A stretch of DNA of 48,094 bases from Deltaproteobacteria bacterium (GCA_007280345.1 QYQD01000002.1:1-48094), one strand, 5' to 3'. Shown: positions 35,238 to 45,006, counted from the first letter of the stretch. Numbers and translations are program-made. Notes: generated by a model from the letters alone, not told the origin.

Positions 35238-36610
35238 AAGCCTGTGTTCGTTTGTGCAACGAGATCAGCAGGGGTCTGATCCTTAAAGCATGAATATTGT
35301 TCTAGGAAGGTCAGCTTGACCAGCCCGGTAGGGCCATTGCGCTGCTTACCGATAATAACTTCTGCGGTCATATCATCGCTATTCTTGTTATAGACCTTGT
35401 CCCGGTAAATGAACATGATGACATCAGCGTCCTGCTCGATGGCGCCGGACTCCCTCAGGTCTGACAGTTGAGGCCGCTTGTTCGGCCTGTCTTCCACCCG
35501 CCGGTTGAGCTGGGAAAGGGCAACCACGGGCACATGGAGTTCTTTGGCCATTGCTTTTAGTGAGCGGGAAATTTCGGATATTTCTTGTTCCCGCCGTTCA
35601 GCGTACCCTTTGCTCCGCATCAGTTGCAGATAGTCGATTATAACCAATCCCAACCCATGCTCCGATTTCAGCCTCCTGGCCTTGGCGCGCATCTCCAGTA
35701 TGGAAATCGCCGGGGTATCATCGATGAAAATAGGTGCGGTCGAAAGGTGACCAGCCGCCTGCGTCAACTTCTGCCAATCTTTTTCAGTCAAAAATCCGGT
35801 TCGCACATTCCCGGCATCCACCTTGGCCTCGGCACAGAGCATGCGCAAGGCCAACTGTTCATTAGACATCTCCAGTGAAAAGATGGCTACCGGGATGTTT
35901 GCCTTAATAGCGGCATGTTGCGCAATATTCAGGGCCAGGGAGGTCTTGCCCATACTGGGACGGCCGGCGATAATTATAAGCTCCGAAGGTTGAAACCCGG
36001 CCGTGAGCTTATTTATATGATCAAATCCGGTGGGGACACCGGTTATAAGCTCCTTACGCTCATAAAGCTGTTCGATTTTTTTAAAGCTGTCCTTTATAAT
36101 ATGTCTTAGCGGATAAAAAGATTGCTTGATCTTGGCCTGCGAAATTTCAAAGATGGCCTGCTCGGCCTCATCGAGGATATTGTCCACATCGTCGTGCTTT
36201 TCATAGCAGCGGTAGCTGATCTCTGAGGTTTTCTGGATCAGGGCGCGTAAGATGAATTTTTCCCTTATGATCTTTGCATAATGGACGATGTTTGCTGCGG
36301 TGGGTACGGCATCAGCTAACGTGGCTAAGTAGGACATACCCCCTACGTCTTCCAGCTCGTTTCGGTTGCGCAGGAAGTCGGATACGGTGATGATGTCCTG
36401 GGGCTCATTTTTTTCATAGAGACCCAGCATAGCGGCAAATATCTTGCGGTGCGCCTCCCGGTAAAACTCTTCTCCCAAGATTACTTCTAAGACCCGGAAG
36501 AGAGCCCCGTTTTCGATTAAGATGCCGCCCAATACCCACTGCTCAGCCTCGATGTTCTGCGGCGGGACCCTGACTGGAGGGGTTATGGTTTCGCTTGTCT
36601 TTCTAGCCAT
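35234..36610 (-). CDS. dnaB: replicative DNA helicase DnaB
   Basis: PPQNIEAEQWVLGGIL at the N-terminus, Walker A GRPSMGKTS, and a RecA-like C-terminal domain. Confidence 0.95.
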   Translation of the reverse strand: MARKTSETITPPVRVPPQNIEAEQWVLGGILIENGALFRVLEVILGEEFYREAHRKIFAAMLGLYEKNEPQDIITVSDFLRNRNELEDVGGMSYLATLADAVPTAANIVHYAKIIREKFILRALIQKTSEISYRCYEKHDDVDNILDEAEQAIFEISQAKIKQSFYPLRHIIKDSFKKIEQLYERKELITGVPTGFDHINKLTAGFQPSELIIIAGRPSMGKTSLALNIAQHAAIKANIPVAIFSLEMSNEQLALRMLCAEAKVDAGNVRTGFLTEKDWQKLTQAAGHLSTAPIFIDDTPAISILEMRAKARRLKSEHGLGLVIIDYLQLMRSKGYAERREQEISEISRSLKAMAKELHVPVVALSQLNRRVEDRPNKRPQLSDLRESGAIEQDADVIMFIYRDKVYNKNSDDMTAEVIIGKQRNGPTGLVKLTFLEQYSCFKDQTPADLVAQTNTGF

Positions 36611-36668
36611 AAACTGTCCGTAGTGCCCTTGACTCTACCCTTTTTCCTATAGGATTTCTTTACTTTTA

Positions 36669-36841
36669 TGGAAACCGTTGTTCCTGAGCGAAACTTGCTG
36701 AAGCAGTCCGCCTTAGGCGGATCGAGGACGAGCAGGTAGAGGAAAATACGCCCCTTAGAGGCGGGAAGGGGAAAGTGTTCCCCACTTGCGAGTCCCGAAA
36801 GGGTCACTGCGCAAGTCGTGAAGCGAAGGCATGACGGTTCC
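36669..36841. other. hairpin-rich intergenic block, candidate structured RNA (strand unresolved)
   Basis: Closing helix AACCGT (36672-36677) / ACGGTT (36833-36838). Internal hairpins are CCGCC-tta-GGCGG (36707-36719), CGCC-N7-GGCG (36748-36762), GGGGAA-agtg-TTCCCC (36767-36782), and ACTTGCG...CGCAAGT (36783-36815) enclosing CCC-gaaa-GGG. Confidence 0.35.
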
Positions 36842-36850
36842 CATCTCTGC

Positions 36851-37297
36851 TCATTCGTTCTTGACAATCTGTACCCTGGCGATAGCCGTAATTCCAGGAT
36901 ATAGCTTTATAGATACGGAAAACTCTCCCAGACTCTTTATGGGTTCGGCCATCTGTATCTTTTTACGATCTATGTTAATACCCTGCGCCGCAAGACAATC
37001 GGCTATATCGGATGTAGTTACCGAGCCATAGAGTTTGTCATTTTTACCTACTTTGTGTTTAATGGTACATAGGCCGGACTCTATTTTTTTTGATAGTTCA
37101 ACGGCCTTAGCCTTTTCCCTCTCCAGTCTAGCTCGTATCTCGGCCTTCTTTTTTTCCCAGAGGGTTACATTTTTTGGTGTGGCTTCTAATGCCTTGCTTT
37201 GAGGCAAAAGAAAGTTCCGGGCATAGCCATCGGCAACCTTTATTATTTGCCCTTCTTTGCCCAGGGCCTTTATATCTTCTATTAGTATGACCTGCAT
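36851..37297 (-). CDS. rplI: 50S ribosomal protein L9
   Basis: MQVILIEDIKALGKEGQIIKVADGYARNFLLP is the canonical L9 N-terminus. Confidence 0.95.
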   Translation of the reverse strand: MQVILIEDIKALGKEGQIIKVADGYARNFLLPQSKALEATPKNVTLWEKKKAEIRARLEREKAKAVELSKKIESGLCTIKHKVGKNDKLYGSVTTSDIADCLAAQGINIDRKKIQMAEPIKSLGEFSVSIKLYPGITAIARVQIVKNE

Positions 37298-37314
37298 AAG
37301 ATACCCCCTTTATT

Positions 37315-37481
37315 AATTTTACCGCAGAGAACGCCGAGATAACATATTATGCGGTCAATTGGTTGAGTAGATGAGTCGTAAAAACAGTTGAGTCGTTGAG
37401 TAACTACTCAACCACTTAACCACTTAACTACTCAACTGATTTTACCAACTCTGCGGTCTCTGCGTACTCAGCGGTGAAAAA
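37315..37481 (+). repeat. MITE-like element, copy E4 (E-family termini with a nested 8-mer-array hairpin)
   Basis: Left end ttttaccgcagagaacgccgagataacatatt. Right end ctctgcggtctctgcgtactcagcggtgaaaaat. The core carries ggttgagtagatgagtcg, gttgagtcgttgagtaa, and ctactcaa ccacttaa ccacttaa ctactcaa. Confidence 0.8.
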
Positions 37482-37482
37482 T

Positions 37483-38436
37483 CTAATCCTCGACTCTCTT
37501 TAGCTTCCGGAAGTCCGCCCAGATGTCAAAAAGCCCCACCAGCGCTACAATTATTATCATGTAGGTCTGAATCCATATTAAGCTGTATAATAATATCCTT
37601 TTAAAACGGGAAAATCTATATTTTTTGAGATAAAAACTTACTATAGCCAAGCCCTGGAAAAGATAGGCCATAGCAAAAAAAAACAGAAGGTTTATGCCCA
37701 CAGTCTGTATACCAGGGTAGGGTAGGAGGGCCAACCCGGCGCCCAGGATGACCAACCAGACGAGAACTTCCGGAAGGCTCCATTGCGACAGGTCGCCAAA
37801 ATGAAAGTTCACCAGACCATAGCGCTCCAGGATGCGGTCACCGAGCCAGACATTCACCCACACGAATACTAATAAAGAGGCTGCGGAAAAACCCGGCCAA
37901 AACCTGGCCACCAGTATTTTAATATCCTGTAAGGCATCTCTCATAGCTCCGACTGTGGTCTTGGGAAGGTTTAACTGCTCATAAAAAAGAAGGGAGGATT
38001 CCATGCTATGGTTAATTTCAGAAACCACGGCCTGATAAGGATTATGTCCGGTCTTAATGCCCCATAAGATCAGGTATGCGGATAGCAATAGAAGCAAGAG
38101 GCCGGTAGCATAACCTACCGTTTTAGTGATGGAAAAATCCCTCTTGAGGAAGCTAAAAAGGACTGGCCCCAATATAAGAATTTCTACAAAAAAGTACTCA
38201 GAGCCACTTCCAGACAAGGGCCACAAAAAGATGGAGAAGATAAGGGCGACACCCAAGACTGCCAGACCATAGCCCCACCCTAGCTTGACCAGATAAAAAA
38301 GGATAGCTATGGGCGTAAAAATACCTATGATACTACCTAAAATTGGTATGGTCCCCGGGGATAAGCAAAAGAAAGAAACCACCATTGTCCCCCGGAGGAT
38401 ACCTTTCCAGGGGATTTCGCCAGTTCTCTCTTCCAA
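37483..38436 (-). CDS. DUF2232/YybS-like polytopic membrane protein
   Basis: About 8 predicted TM helices. The position between rpsR and rplI mirrors the Bacillus order rpsR-yybS-...-rplI-dnaC. Confidence 0.6.
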   Translation of the reverse strand: MEERTGEIPWKGILRGTMVVSFFCLSPGTIPILGSIIGIFTPIAILFYLVKLGWGYGLAVLGVALIFSIFLWPLSGSGSEYFFVEILILGPVLFSFLKRDFSITKTVGYATGLLLLLLSAYLILWGIKTGHNPYQAVVSEINHSMESSLLFYEQLNLPKTTVGAMRDALQDIKILVARFWPGFSAASLLVFVWVNVWLGDRILERYGLVNFHFGDLSQWSLPEVLVWLVILGAGLALLPYPGIQTVGINLLFFFAMAYLFQGLAIVSFYLKKYRFSRFKRILLYSLIWIQTYMIIIVALVGLFDIWADFRKLKRVED

Positions 38437-38447
38437 GCCACGTATTC

Positions 38448-38696
38448 CTATTTAGTGATAGTAATCGTGTATGGTAACAGGGCAATATTACGGGCGCGCT
38501 TAATGGCCAGGGTAAGTCGGCGCTGGTGTACGGCGCAATTACCAGAGATACGCTTCGGTAAAATTTTGCCTCTTTCGGTAATAAAGAATCTAAGGGTGCG
38601 GGAATCTTTATAATCGATTTTCAAGCTACGGTCGGCGCAGAAACGACATATTTTACGACGGATAAATGTTTTCTTTCTTGGATTATAATTAGCCAT
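38448..38696 (-). CDS. rpsR: 30S ribosomal protein S18
   Basis: [15 protein letters not shown]...LLPY is the canonical S18 sequence. Confidence 0.95.
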   Translation of the reverse strand: MANYNPRKKTFIRRKICRFCADRSLKIDYKDSRTLRFFITERGKILPKRISGNCAVHQRRLTLAIKRARNIALLPYTITITK

Positions 38697-38735
38697 GATG
38701 CCTCCTTGTCAATGCCATTCTCTTACCCTACGGGA

Positions 38736-39128
38736 TTACTTAGCTGCTTCCGCAGGGGGGTTATCCACCGAAGCCGGTTCTTCTTTCGCTTTTTCTTCTT
38801 CGGCTTCTGCCTGGAGCGACTCCGCAGGGAGGGCATCTTCTAGCTTGACCGTCAGGTACTTTATCACCCGGTCGTCGATCTTAAGATTTCTTTCCAGTTC
38901 TTTGACCAGAGCCGGGGCGCCGGCGTAGTCAGTGAAAAAATAAAAGCCTTGATTATGCTTCTTGACCGCATAGGCCAGGCGCTTTACACCCCACTCATCA
39001 AACTTGACGATCTGGCCGCCACCCTGCACCATGATATCTTTCATCTTGTCGGCCAGATTTTTGAGATCATCAGGGGACAGATTTGGCTTGGCAATAAAAA
39101 TAGTTTCGTATCTCCTTGGGACTCCCAT
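38736..39128 (-). CDS. rpsF: 30S ribosomal protein S6 (acidic C-terminal tail)
   Basis: RRYETIFIAKPNLSPDD...WGVKRLAY is the canonical S6 sequence. Confidence 0.9.
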   Translation of the reverse strand: MGVPRRYETIFIAKPNLSPDDLKNLADKMKDIMVQGGGQIVKFDEWGVKRLAYAVKKHNQGFYFFTDYAGAPALVKELERNLKIDDRVIKYLTVKLEDALPAESLQAEAEEEKAKEEPASVDNPPAEAAK

Positions 39129-39193
39129 TATAGAACCTCCTTATGGACTTTTGGCCACTGCCTCAGCGCAGGGGCAAGGAGCAATGTACGCCT

Positions 39194-39222
39194 GTAATAA
39201 CCATGTAAGCCGGCATTGTCAA
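39194..39222 (-). promoter_or_regulatory. sigma-70-type promoter candidate for rpsF-rpsR
   Basis: On the minus strand: TTGACA (39222-39217), a 17-nt spacer, then TATTAC (39199-39194). This leaves a leader of roughly 55-60 nt containing a GC hairpin. Confidence 0.5.
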
Positions 39223-39313
39223 GGATTTTTTAGAAAGAGGACTGCGCTTTCCATCTTGACCCCTACCCGTGATTATGTTAGGAAAACGGGAAAGATGGGG
39301 GAGGTGACCTACC

Positions 39314-40735
39314 ATGGCGCGAAAAATGACGGCAAAAGAGATAAAGCGGCTACAGGAAGAACTGACCATTTCCACCCGGCTGGTCTGGGATACGGTCGAT
39401 GATGAGGACAAAAAAGCGGTCTTCTCCTTTGCCAGAGAATACATGGCCTTTCTGGACGCCGCCAAGACGGAACGGGAGGCCGTAGAAACCATAATAGAAA
39501 AGGTCTCCGGCCAGGGGTGTTTGCCGGTAGAGTCGGCCGGAAAAGGGACTAAGGTATATCGGATACATAAAGGCAAATGCGTGGCCCTTGCGGTTATTGG
39601 CCAACGTCCTCTCTCGGACGGGTTGCGTATTGTAACCTCGCACCTGGATGCCCCGCGCCTCGATCTAAAACAAAAACCGCTCTATGAGGATGGGGACCTG
39701 GTTTTTCTGAAGACCCACTATTATGGGGGCATTAAAAAATACCAGTGGGTAACCCGTCCGCTATCCCTGCACGGCGTCATTATCAAGACGGATGGATCCA
39801 GGGTGAAGGTAGTGATCGGTGAAGAAGAGGGCGATCCCGTCTTCACCATAACCGACCTCTTGCCCCACCTGGCCCGGCGCACCCAATATGAGAAAAAACT
39901 ACCCGAAATAATCGTCGGTGAAAAACTAAACGTCCTGATCGGAAGCCTTCCTTTTCCGGAGAAAGAGGCCAAGGAGCGTTTTAAATTACAGATTTTGGTT
40001 TATTTAAAAGAAAATCTGGACATCGTAGAAGAAGACCTCATCAGTGCAGAGCTGGAGGTGGTCCCGGCCGGCCGAGCCCGGGAGATAGGTTTGGATCGCA
40101 GCATGGTCGGCGCTTACGGGCAGGACGATCGTTCCTCAGCCTATGCCAGCCTGGCGGCCATGTTGTCCATAAAAGACCCGGCCTATACCTGCATCGCCCT
40201 GTTTCTGGATAAAGAAGAGATCGGTAGTGACGGCAGTACCGGGGCCAAGTCCAGGTTCCTGGAAAGCTTTGTCTTTGACCTGGCCAGGTTAACCAAACTT
40301 CCCATCGAGTCAGACACCATCGATGCCTGTTTAATGCGCTCCAAGGCCATATCGGCCGATGTTAATGCGGCCATAGATCCGGACTTTCCGGATGTCCATG
40401 AAAAGAGAAATGATGCCAAAATGGGTTATGGCGTGTGTCTGACCAAGTACACCGGATCCGGAGGCAAATACGGGGCCAGCGATGCCAATGCCGAATATAT
40501 GGGCTGGATCCGGAAGATTCTCAATGAAAATAAGGTCGTCTGGCAGGCCGCCGGGCTAGGAAAGGTTGATGAGGGAGGCGGCGGTACCGTGGCTAAGTTC
40601 CTGGCTATTTATGGTATGGAGATTGTGGATATGGGGGCGCCGCTCCTCTCCATGCACTCGCCTTTTGAGATTGCCCATAAGGGTGATCTCTATATGACTT
40701 ACAAGGCCCTCCGGGCATTTTTGCAGGCCCCTTAA
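39314..40735 (+). CDS. M18-family aminopeptidase
   Basis: Layout KTEREAV...SHLDAPRLDLKQKP...HYYGGIKKYQW...DKEEIGS...SMHSP, with the conserved metal-ligand regions of M18 aminopeptidase 1. Confidence 0.8.
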   Translation: MARKMTAKEIKRLQEELTISTRLVWDTVDDEDKKAVFSFAREYMAFLDAAKTEREAVETIIEKVSGQGCLPVESAGKGTKVYRIHKGKCVALAVIGQRPLSDGLRIVTSHLDAPRLDLKQKPLYEDGDLVFLKTHYYGGIKKYQWVTRPLSLHGVIIKTDGSRVKVVIGEEEGDPVFTITDLLPHLARRTQYEKKLPEIIVGEKLNVLIGSLPFPEKEAKERFKLQILVYLKENLDIVEEDLISAELEVVPAGRAREIGLDRSMVGAYGQDDRSSAYASLAAMLSIKDPAYTCIALFLDKEEIGSDGSTGAKSRFLESFVFDLARLTKLPIESDTIDACLMRSKAISADVNAAIDPDFPDVHEKRNDAKMGYGVCLTKYTGSGGKYGASDANAEYMGWIRKILNENKVVWQAAGLGKVDEGGGGTVAKFLAIYGMEIVDMGAPLLSMHSPFEIAHKGDLYMTYKALRAFLQAP

Positions 40736-42102
40736 AAGACATTCTCCAGGACATCCTGTAGATTCGAAACTCCCGTCAGGCTGATAACCTGCCCTTCCCT
40801 GGCCTGATCGAGATTGTTTCGGGAAAGCAGGCAACGTGTAAAACCCAGTCTGGCGGCCTCTGTCAGTCGTATATCCACTTGGCTTACCCCGCGCACCTCT
40901 CCGGCCAGACCCACCTCACCAAAGACCACCATCTTATGATCAACCGGCCGGTCCAAAAAGCTCGAGGCGATAGCCACTACCGTTCCCAGATCCAGCGCCG
41001 GTTCGTCTATCCGGATTCCGCCCGCCACATTCACATAGATATCCCGGTCGTGCAGCATAAGGCCGACTTTTTTTTCCAGGACGGCCACAAGCAGTGATAC
41101 CCGCTGTGGATCGACGCCGATGGCAGTACGACGGGGCATGCCAAACCCGGCGGGGCTTACCAGGGCCTGCACCTCTACCAGGATAGGGCGCGTCCCTTCC
41201 AAACAGGGAACGACCACCGATCCCGAGGCCTCCACCGGGCGTTCCGCCAGAAAGATCTCGGAGGGATTGGCTACTTCCATCAGCCCCCGATCTTTCATCT
41301 CAAAGACACCGATTTCATTGGTTGAGCCGTAGCGGTTTTTAACCGTGCGCAGGATGCGAAAGGCATGCCCCCGGTCTCCCTCAAAATAGAGGACGGCATC
41401 CACCATGTGTTCAAGGACACGCGGACCGGCTAAGGTCCCGTCCTTAGTCACATGCCCGGTCAGGATTACCGGCACGCCGGTCTCCTTGGCCAGCACCATA
41501 AGCTTGGCTGCTGATTCCCGTACCTGACTGACACTTCCCGGGGCCGATCCTATTTCAGACGTATAGAGGGTTTGAATGGAATCAACGGCTAAAAGGTCAG
41601 GTTTTATATCCTGAAACAGGTTCATGATTTTTTCTACGGAACTTTCCGTCACAATGTACATATTCGGATGGACGGCCCCGATCCGTTCGCTCCGCAATCG
41701 GATCTGTTTGACGGACTCCTCGCCTGAGACGTACAAAATCCTGGCTCCTTCACGGCCCACATGATAGAGCATCTGAAGGAGAAGGGTGGATTTTCCGATA
41801 CCCGGGTCACCGCCAATAAGTACGATCGAACCTGAAACCAGTCCACCTCCCAGGACGCGATCCAGCTCTGTACTGCCGCTGGACAGGCGCTTTTCTTCGG
41901 TCAGGGCGATCTCGTTTATAGCCGTTGGCTTATCTCCTGAACTGAGGCCCATGGCTACGGCGCCAGGCCCAGCATCCTTCACCACCTTTTCCTCTACCAT
42001 GGTATTCCACTCGCCGCAGTCCGGACAACGGCCCAGCCACTTGATGCTCTGGTAACCACAGACCTGGCAATTAAATGTAGTTCGTAAACTCTTTGTCTTC
42101 AA
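40732..42102 (-). CDS. radA: DNA repair protein RadA/Sms
   Basis: Zinc finger CQVCGY...CPDCGEW, Walker A GDPGIGKST, KNRYG motif, and a Lon-like C-terminal domain. Confidence 0.95.
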   Translation of the reverse strand: MKTKSLRTTFNCQVCGYQSIKWLGRCPDCGEWNTMVEEKVVKDAGPGAVAMGLSSGDKPTAINEIALTEEKRLSSGSTELDRVLGGGLVSGSIVLIGGDPGIGKSTLLLQMLYHVGREGARILYVSGEESVKQIRLRSERIGAVHPNMYIVTESSVEKIMNLFQDIKPDLLAVDSIQTLYTSEIGSAPGSVSQVRESAAKLMVLAKETGVPVILTGHVTKDGTLAGPRVLEHMVDAVLYFEGDRGHAFRILRTVKNRYGSTNEIGVFEMKDRGLMEVANPSEIFLAERPVEASGSVVVPCLEGTRPILVEVQALVSPAGFGMPRRTAIGVDPQRVSLLVAVLEKKVGLMLHDRDIYVNVAGGIRIDEPALDLGTVVAIASSFLDRPVDHKMVVFGEVGLAGEVRGVSQVDIRLTEAARLGFTRCLLSRNNLDQAREGQVISLTGVSNLQDVLENVF

Positions 42103-42215
42103 AGGCAGCTCCTCTCTTTCCCGCTTTGGATTTTATATCTTTTTGTAAGAAGTGGTCAAATAATAATAAGGGGCAATGCCAAAATTTGTGTTGTTCTTTT
42201 TTTCACAAAATATAC

Positions 42216-42244
42216 TTGACAAAGGATTTGCTTTGCGGTATCTA
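42216..42244 (+). promoter_or_regulatory. sigma-70-type promoter candidate
   Basis: TTGACA (42216-42221), a 17-nt spacer, then TATCTA (42239-42244). It lies about 35 nt upstream of the 42279 ORF. Confidence 0.5.
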
Positions 42245-42278
42245 ATTGTGAAACATTACTCAATCAAGAGGTGACACC

Positions 42279-42482
42279 ATGCCGTGCTACAAAAAATATG
42301 GGTTTTTCATCCCGGCCGAGATTGAGCCCTGCTGGGCTGACCGGGAAAATAAGGTCTTCGCCGGCATCCTCCTGGAGCGCCAAAACGACCTCTTGGTCAG
42401 GGTACTGAAAAGCCAGGCCCAGATATCGGTAAAGGCCGGGGATGACATCTGGGTGGCTAAAGAAAAATTCACTATATTCTAA
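42279..42482 (+). CDS. hypothetical small protein (67 aa)
   Basis: An AAGAGGTGA Shine-Dalgarno lies 5 nt before the ATG, with a consensus -35 upstream. I do not recognise a family. Confidence 0.5.
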   Translation: MPCYKKYGFFIPAEIEPCWADRENKVFAGILLERQNDLLVRVLKSQAQISVKAGDDIWVAKEKFTIF

Positions 42483-42590
42483 TCTTACCCAATCCTGTTC
42501 TCAGGCCATAACCAAGTTAGCCACCCAGAGGTATGGCCATTGTAACGCCTTAGCCACGCCCTGATTTATCCCGATTGTTAGCGTTTTCGC

Positions 42591-42619
42591 TTGACAAGTT
42601 CTTCGTGTTCCTATAGTGT
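42591..42619 (+). promoter_or_regulatory. sigma-70-type promoter candidate for the NusG-paralog gene
   Basis: TTGACA (42591-42596), then either TATAGT after a 15-nt spacer or TAGTGT after a 17-nt spacer. Confidence 0.4.
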
Positions 42620-42655
42620 TCACAAACTGAACGCCTTGGGCGCCGAAAATCGAGC

Positions 42656-43258
42656 GTGGATATGTCAAACTCTCAACCATTCTTCAGGGACGAAGATATC
42701 TTAGGACAGAATCCGGTATGCCTTGGCGCCGTCCCGGTTCAATCTTGGCCGGCACCCTCGGCCACCTGGTACGCCATTTATACCAAGTGCCACCACGAAT
42801 TTACCATCTGGTCTCAATTACAAAAAAAATCCATTGAAAATTTCTTCCCCTGTGTTACCCGATGGAGTCGTAGAAAAGACCGGAAGCTAAAGATCCAGGT
42901 GCCGCTATTCCCTGGCTATATCTTCGTAAGAATCAATTTTACCCCTTATCACGCCCTTGAGGTCTTAAAAACAAATGGCGTGGTCCGCTTTCTCGGCGAA
43001 AGCAATCAACGCCCGGTGGACATACCCGATATCCAGATTGAATCACTGAAGACTGTTATCGCATCCGGTGAGCAGATCTTGCCGTTTGCCTATCTCCGGG
43101 TCGGCCAGAGGGTGTGTGTCCGCAGAGGGCCATTTGAAGGGTGTGAGGGTTTACTGGTTCGTATGAATACAGGGAAAGACCGGCTGGTTATCTCTCTTGA
43201 ACTTTTGCAACGATCTGTTTCTGTAGAACTGGATGCGGCGGATGTAACGCCGTTGTGA
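42656..43258 (+). CDS. NusG-paralog transcription antiterminator (RfaH/UpxY-like, NGN + KOW)
   Basis: The NGN domain WYAIYTKCHHEF...PLFPGYIFVR and the KOW motif GQRVCVRRGPFEGCEGLLV. There is an N-terminal extension of about 37 aa. The gene heads a sugar-nucleotide gene cluster. Confidence 0.75.
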   Translation: MDMSNSQPFFRDEDILGQNPVCLGAVPVQSWPAPSATWYAIYTKCHHEFTIWSQLQKKSIENFFPCVTRWSRRKDRKLKIQVPLFPGYIFVRINFTPYHALEVLKTNGVVRFLGESNQRPVDIPDIQIESLKTVIASGEQILPFAYLRVGQRVCVRRGPFEGCEGLLVRMNTGKDRLVISLELLQRSVSVELDAADVTPL

Positions 43259-43378
43259 TTTAACCCACCCACCAATCACCTCTTAATCGGTTACCAGGTA
43301 ATACGTATGTAACCGACAAAGCGGAGCTATGTTCTCTTCTTGCTAATCACTCATGACCTATTACTCATCGCTTGAATA

Positions 43379-43984
43379 ATGGAAAGAGAAAAACGTCATT
43401 TTTTGCGCCTGCTTGACGCCGTTGAACAAAACGGCCATGTGACTCAGCGGGAGTTGTCAAAAAGGCTCAATATGTCCCTCGGCCTCATCAATCTCTTTAT
43501 AAAACGCGCCGTCAGAGACGGATATTTCGAGGTTTGTGTCCTGCCGCCCAAACATTCAACATACGTATTGACGACGAAAGGCCGGGATGCAAAATCACGC
43601 CTGACTACAGAATACATCGCATATTGTTTTAAGTTTTACCGGGATATAAGAAAAACTATTCAGAAAAGACTCCGGGAACTTGAGAATGACTGCATCCAGG
43701 CCGTCATTTTTTACGGCGCCGGAGAGACAGCGGAATTGTTGTACCACTGTTTGTACGGAAGCTCCATAAACCTGGTGGGTATAATTGACAGAGAAAACGA
43801 AGGGGGTACCTTCTTCGGTCATCCGATCTGTTCGCCGGAGGACCTTTCCACGCTACCCGATGCCGCGATATTTATAACCACTATAGAAGACTGTGATGAA
43901 AAAATAAGAGACATAAGAGAAAACGGCGGTTCTGAGCGGATGGTTTTTTCAGTATTTAACAGTCAGTTATCAGTAACAGATTGA
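43379..43984 (+). CDS. winged-helix (MarR-like) DNA-binding protein with a Rossmann-like C-terminal domain
   Basis: The N-terminal LLDAVEQNGHVTQRELSKRLNMSLGLINLFIKRAVRDGY is wHTH-like. The C-terminal VIFYGAGETAELL...LVGIID resembles a nucleotide/CoA-binding fold. Confidence 0.5.
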   Translation: MEREKRHFLRLLDAVEQNGHVTQRELSKRLNMSLGLINLFIKRAVRDGYFEVCVLPPKHSTYVLTTKGRDAKSRLTTEYIAYCFKFYRDIRKTIQKRLRELENDCIQAVIFYGAGETAELLYHCLYGSSINLVGIIDRENEGGTFFGHPICSPEDLSTLPDAAIFITTIEDCDEKIRDIRENGGSERMVFSVFNSQLSVTD

Positions 43985-44043
43985 CCTTAGAGGTTCGGGA
44001 TTCTTTTGTCCAAAAGCTGAAGGCTGACCACTGATGGCTGAAT
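43959..44043. repeat. heptamer-arm hairpin (NNATCAG / GCTGANN words) overlapping the 3' end of the regulator gene
   Basis: The left arm acagtcag ttatcag taacag lies in the last codons. The right arm is gctgaag gctgacc actgatg gctgaat (44016-44043). Confidence 0.6.
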
Positions 44044-44067
44044 AATAAAGAAAGCGAGATTATCTAC

Positions 44068-45006
44068 ATGCACCTACGTAAGCGAATTCTGGTTACCGGC
44101 GGAGCCGGATTTCTTGGTTCCCATCTCTGCGAGAGATTACTCAAAGACGGCCATGAAGTAATATGCGTCGATAATTTCTTTACCGGTACGAAGGCGAATA
44201 TTCAGCCTCTCCTGGCAAACCCGTACCTGGAAGTATTGCGCCATGACATCACCTTTCCTCTATATGTCGAGGTGGATGAGATCTACAACCTGGCCTGCCC
44301 GGCCAGCCCTATTCACTACCAGCATGATCCGGTCCAAACTACTAAGACCAGCGTACATGGCGCTATCAATATGCTGGGGCTGGCCAAGCGGCTAAAGGCC
44401 AAGATACTTCAGGCCTCAACCAGCGAGGTCTATGGAGATCCGAAAATACATCCACAACCGGAAAGCTACTGGGGGAATGTCAATCCTATTGGATTTCGCT
44501 CCTGCTACGATGAGGGTAAGCGTTGTGCCGAGACCTTGTTTTTTGATTACCACCGTCAGCACAGACTGCGCATCAAGGTAGCCAGGATATTCAATACCTA
44601 CGGCCCGCGTATGCATCCCAACGATGGCCGGGTGGTAAGCAACTTTATAGTGCAGGCCCTTTCTGGAAAGGACATCACTGTCTTTGGCGATGGCTCTCAG
44701 AGCCGGTCCTTTTGCTATGTGGATGATATGATCGAGTCCTTTATCCGCCTCATGGACTCCCCGGATGACCTTACCGGGCCGGTCAATCTGGGCAACCCAG
44801 GAGAGTTTACTATCCTGGAGCTGGCTCAAAAAATCATCGGCCTGACCAAGTCAAAGTCCAGGATCGTCTTCAAACCGCTCCCCCAGGACGACCCGATCCA
44901 GAGACAGCCGGATATCACCCTGGCCAGAGAGAAACTCGGCTGGGAACCGAAGATCGGCCTGGAAGAGGGCTTAAAACAGACTATTATATATTTTGAAAAC
45001 TTGTGA
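44068..45006 (+). CDS. uxs: UDP-glucuronate decarboxylase (UDP-xylose synthase)
   Basis: SDR fold GGAGFLGSH, catalytic YDEGKR, and strong family-typical motifs ([16 protein letters not shown]). Confidence 0.85.
   Translation: MHLRKRILVTGGAGFLGSHLCERLLKDGHEVICVDNFFTGTKANIQPLLANPYLEVLRHDITFPLYVEVDEIYNLACPASPIHYQHDPVQTTKTSVHGAINMLGLAKRLKAKILQASTSEVYGDPKIHPQPESYWGNVNPIGFRSCYDEGKRCAETLFFDYHRQHRLRIKVARIFNTYGPRMHPNDGRVVSNFIVQALSGKDITVFGDGSQSRSFCYVDDMIESFIRLMDSPDDLTGPVNLGNPGEFTILELAQKIIGLTKSKSRIVFKPLPQDDPIQRQPDITLAREKLGWEPKIGLEEGLKQTIIYFENL

Noticed and set aside
36583-36867. 94-aa minus-strand ORF spanning the rplI-dnaB spacer.
   Set aside because: It overlaps both flanking conserved genes out of frame, has no SD and has a low-complexity composition. 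The hairpin-rich block explains the region better.
38697-38735. The missing ssb between rpsF and rpsR might be an anomaly.
   Set aside because: rpsF-rpsR adjacency without ssb or priB is common in many lineages, and the 39-nt spacer shows no gene remnant.
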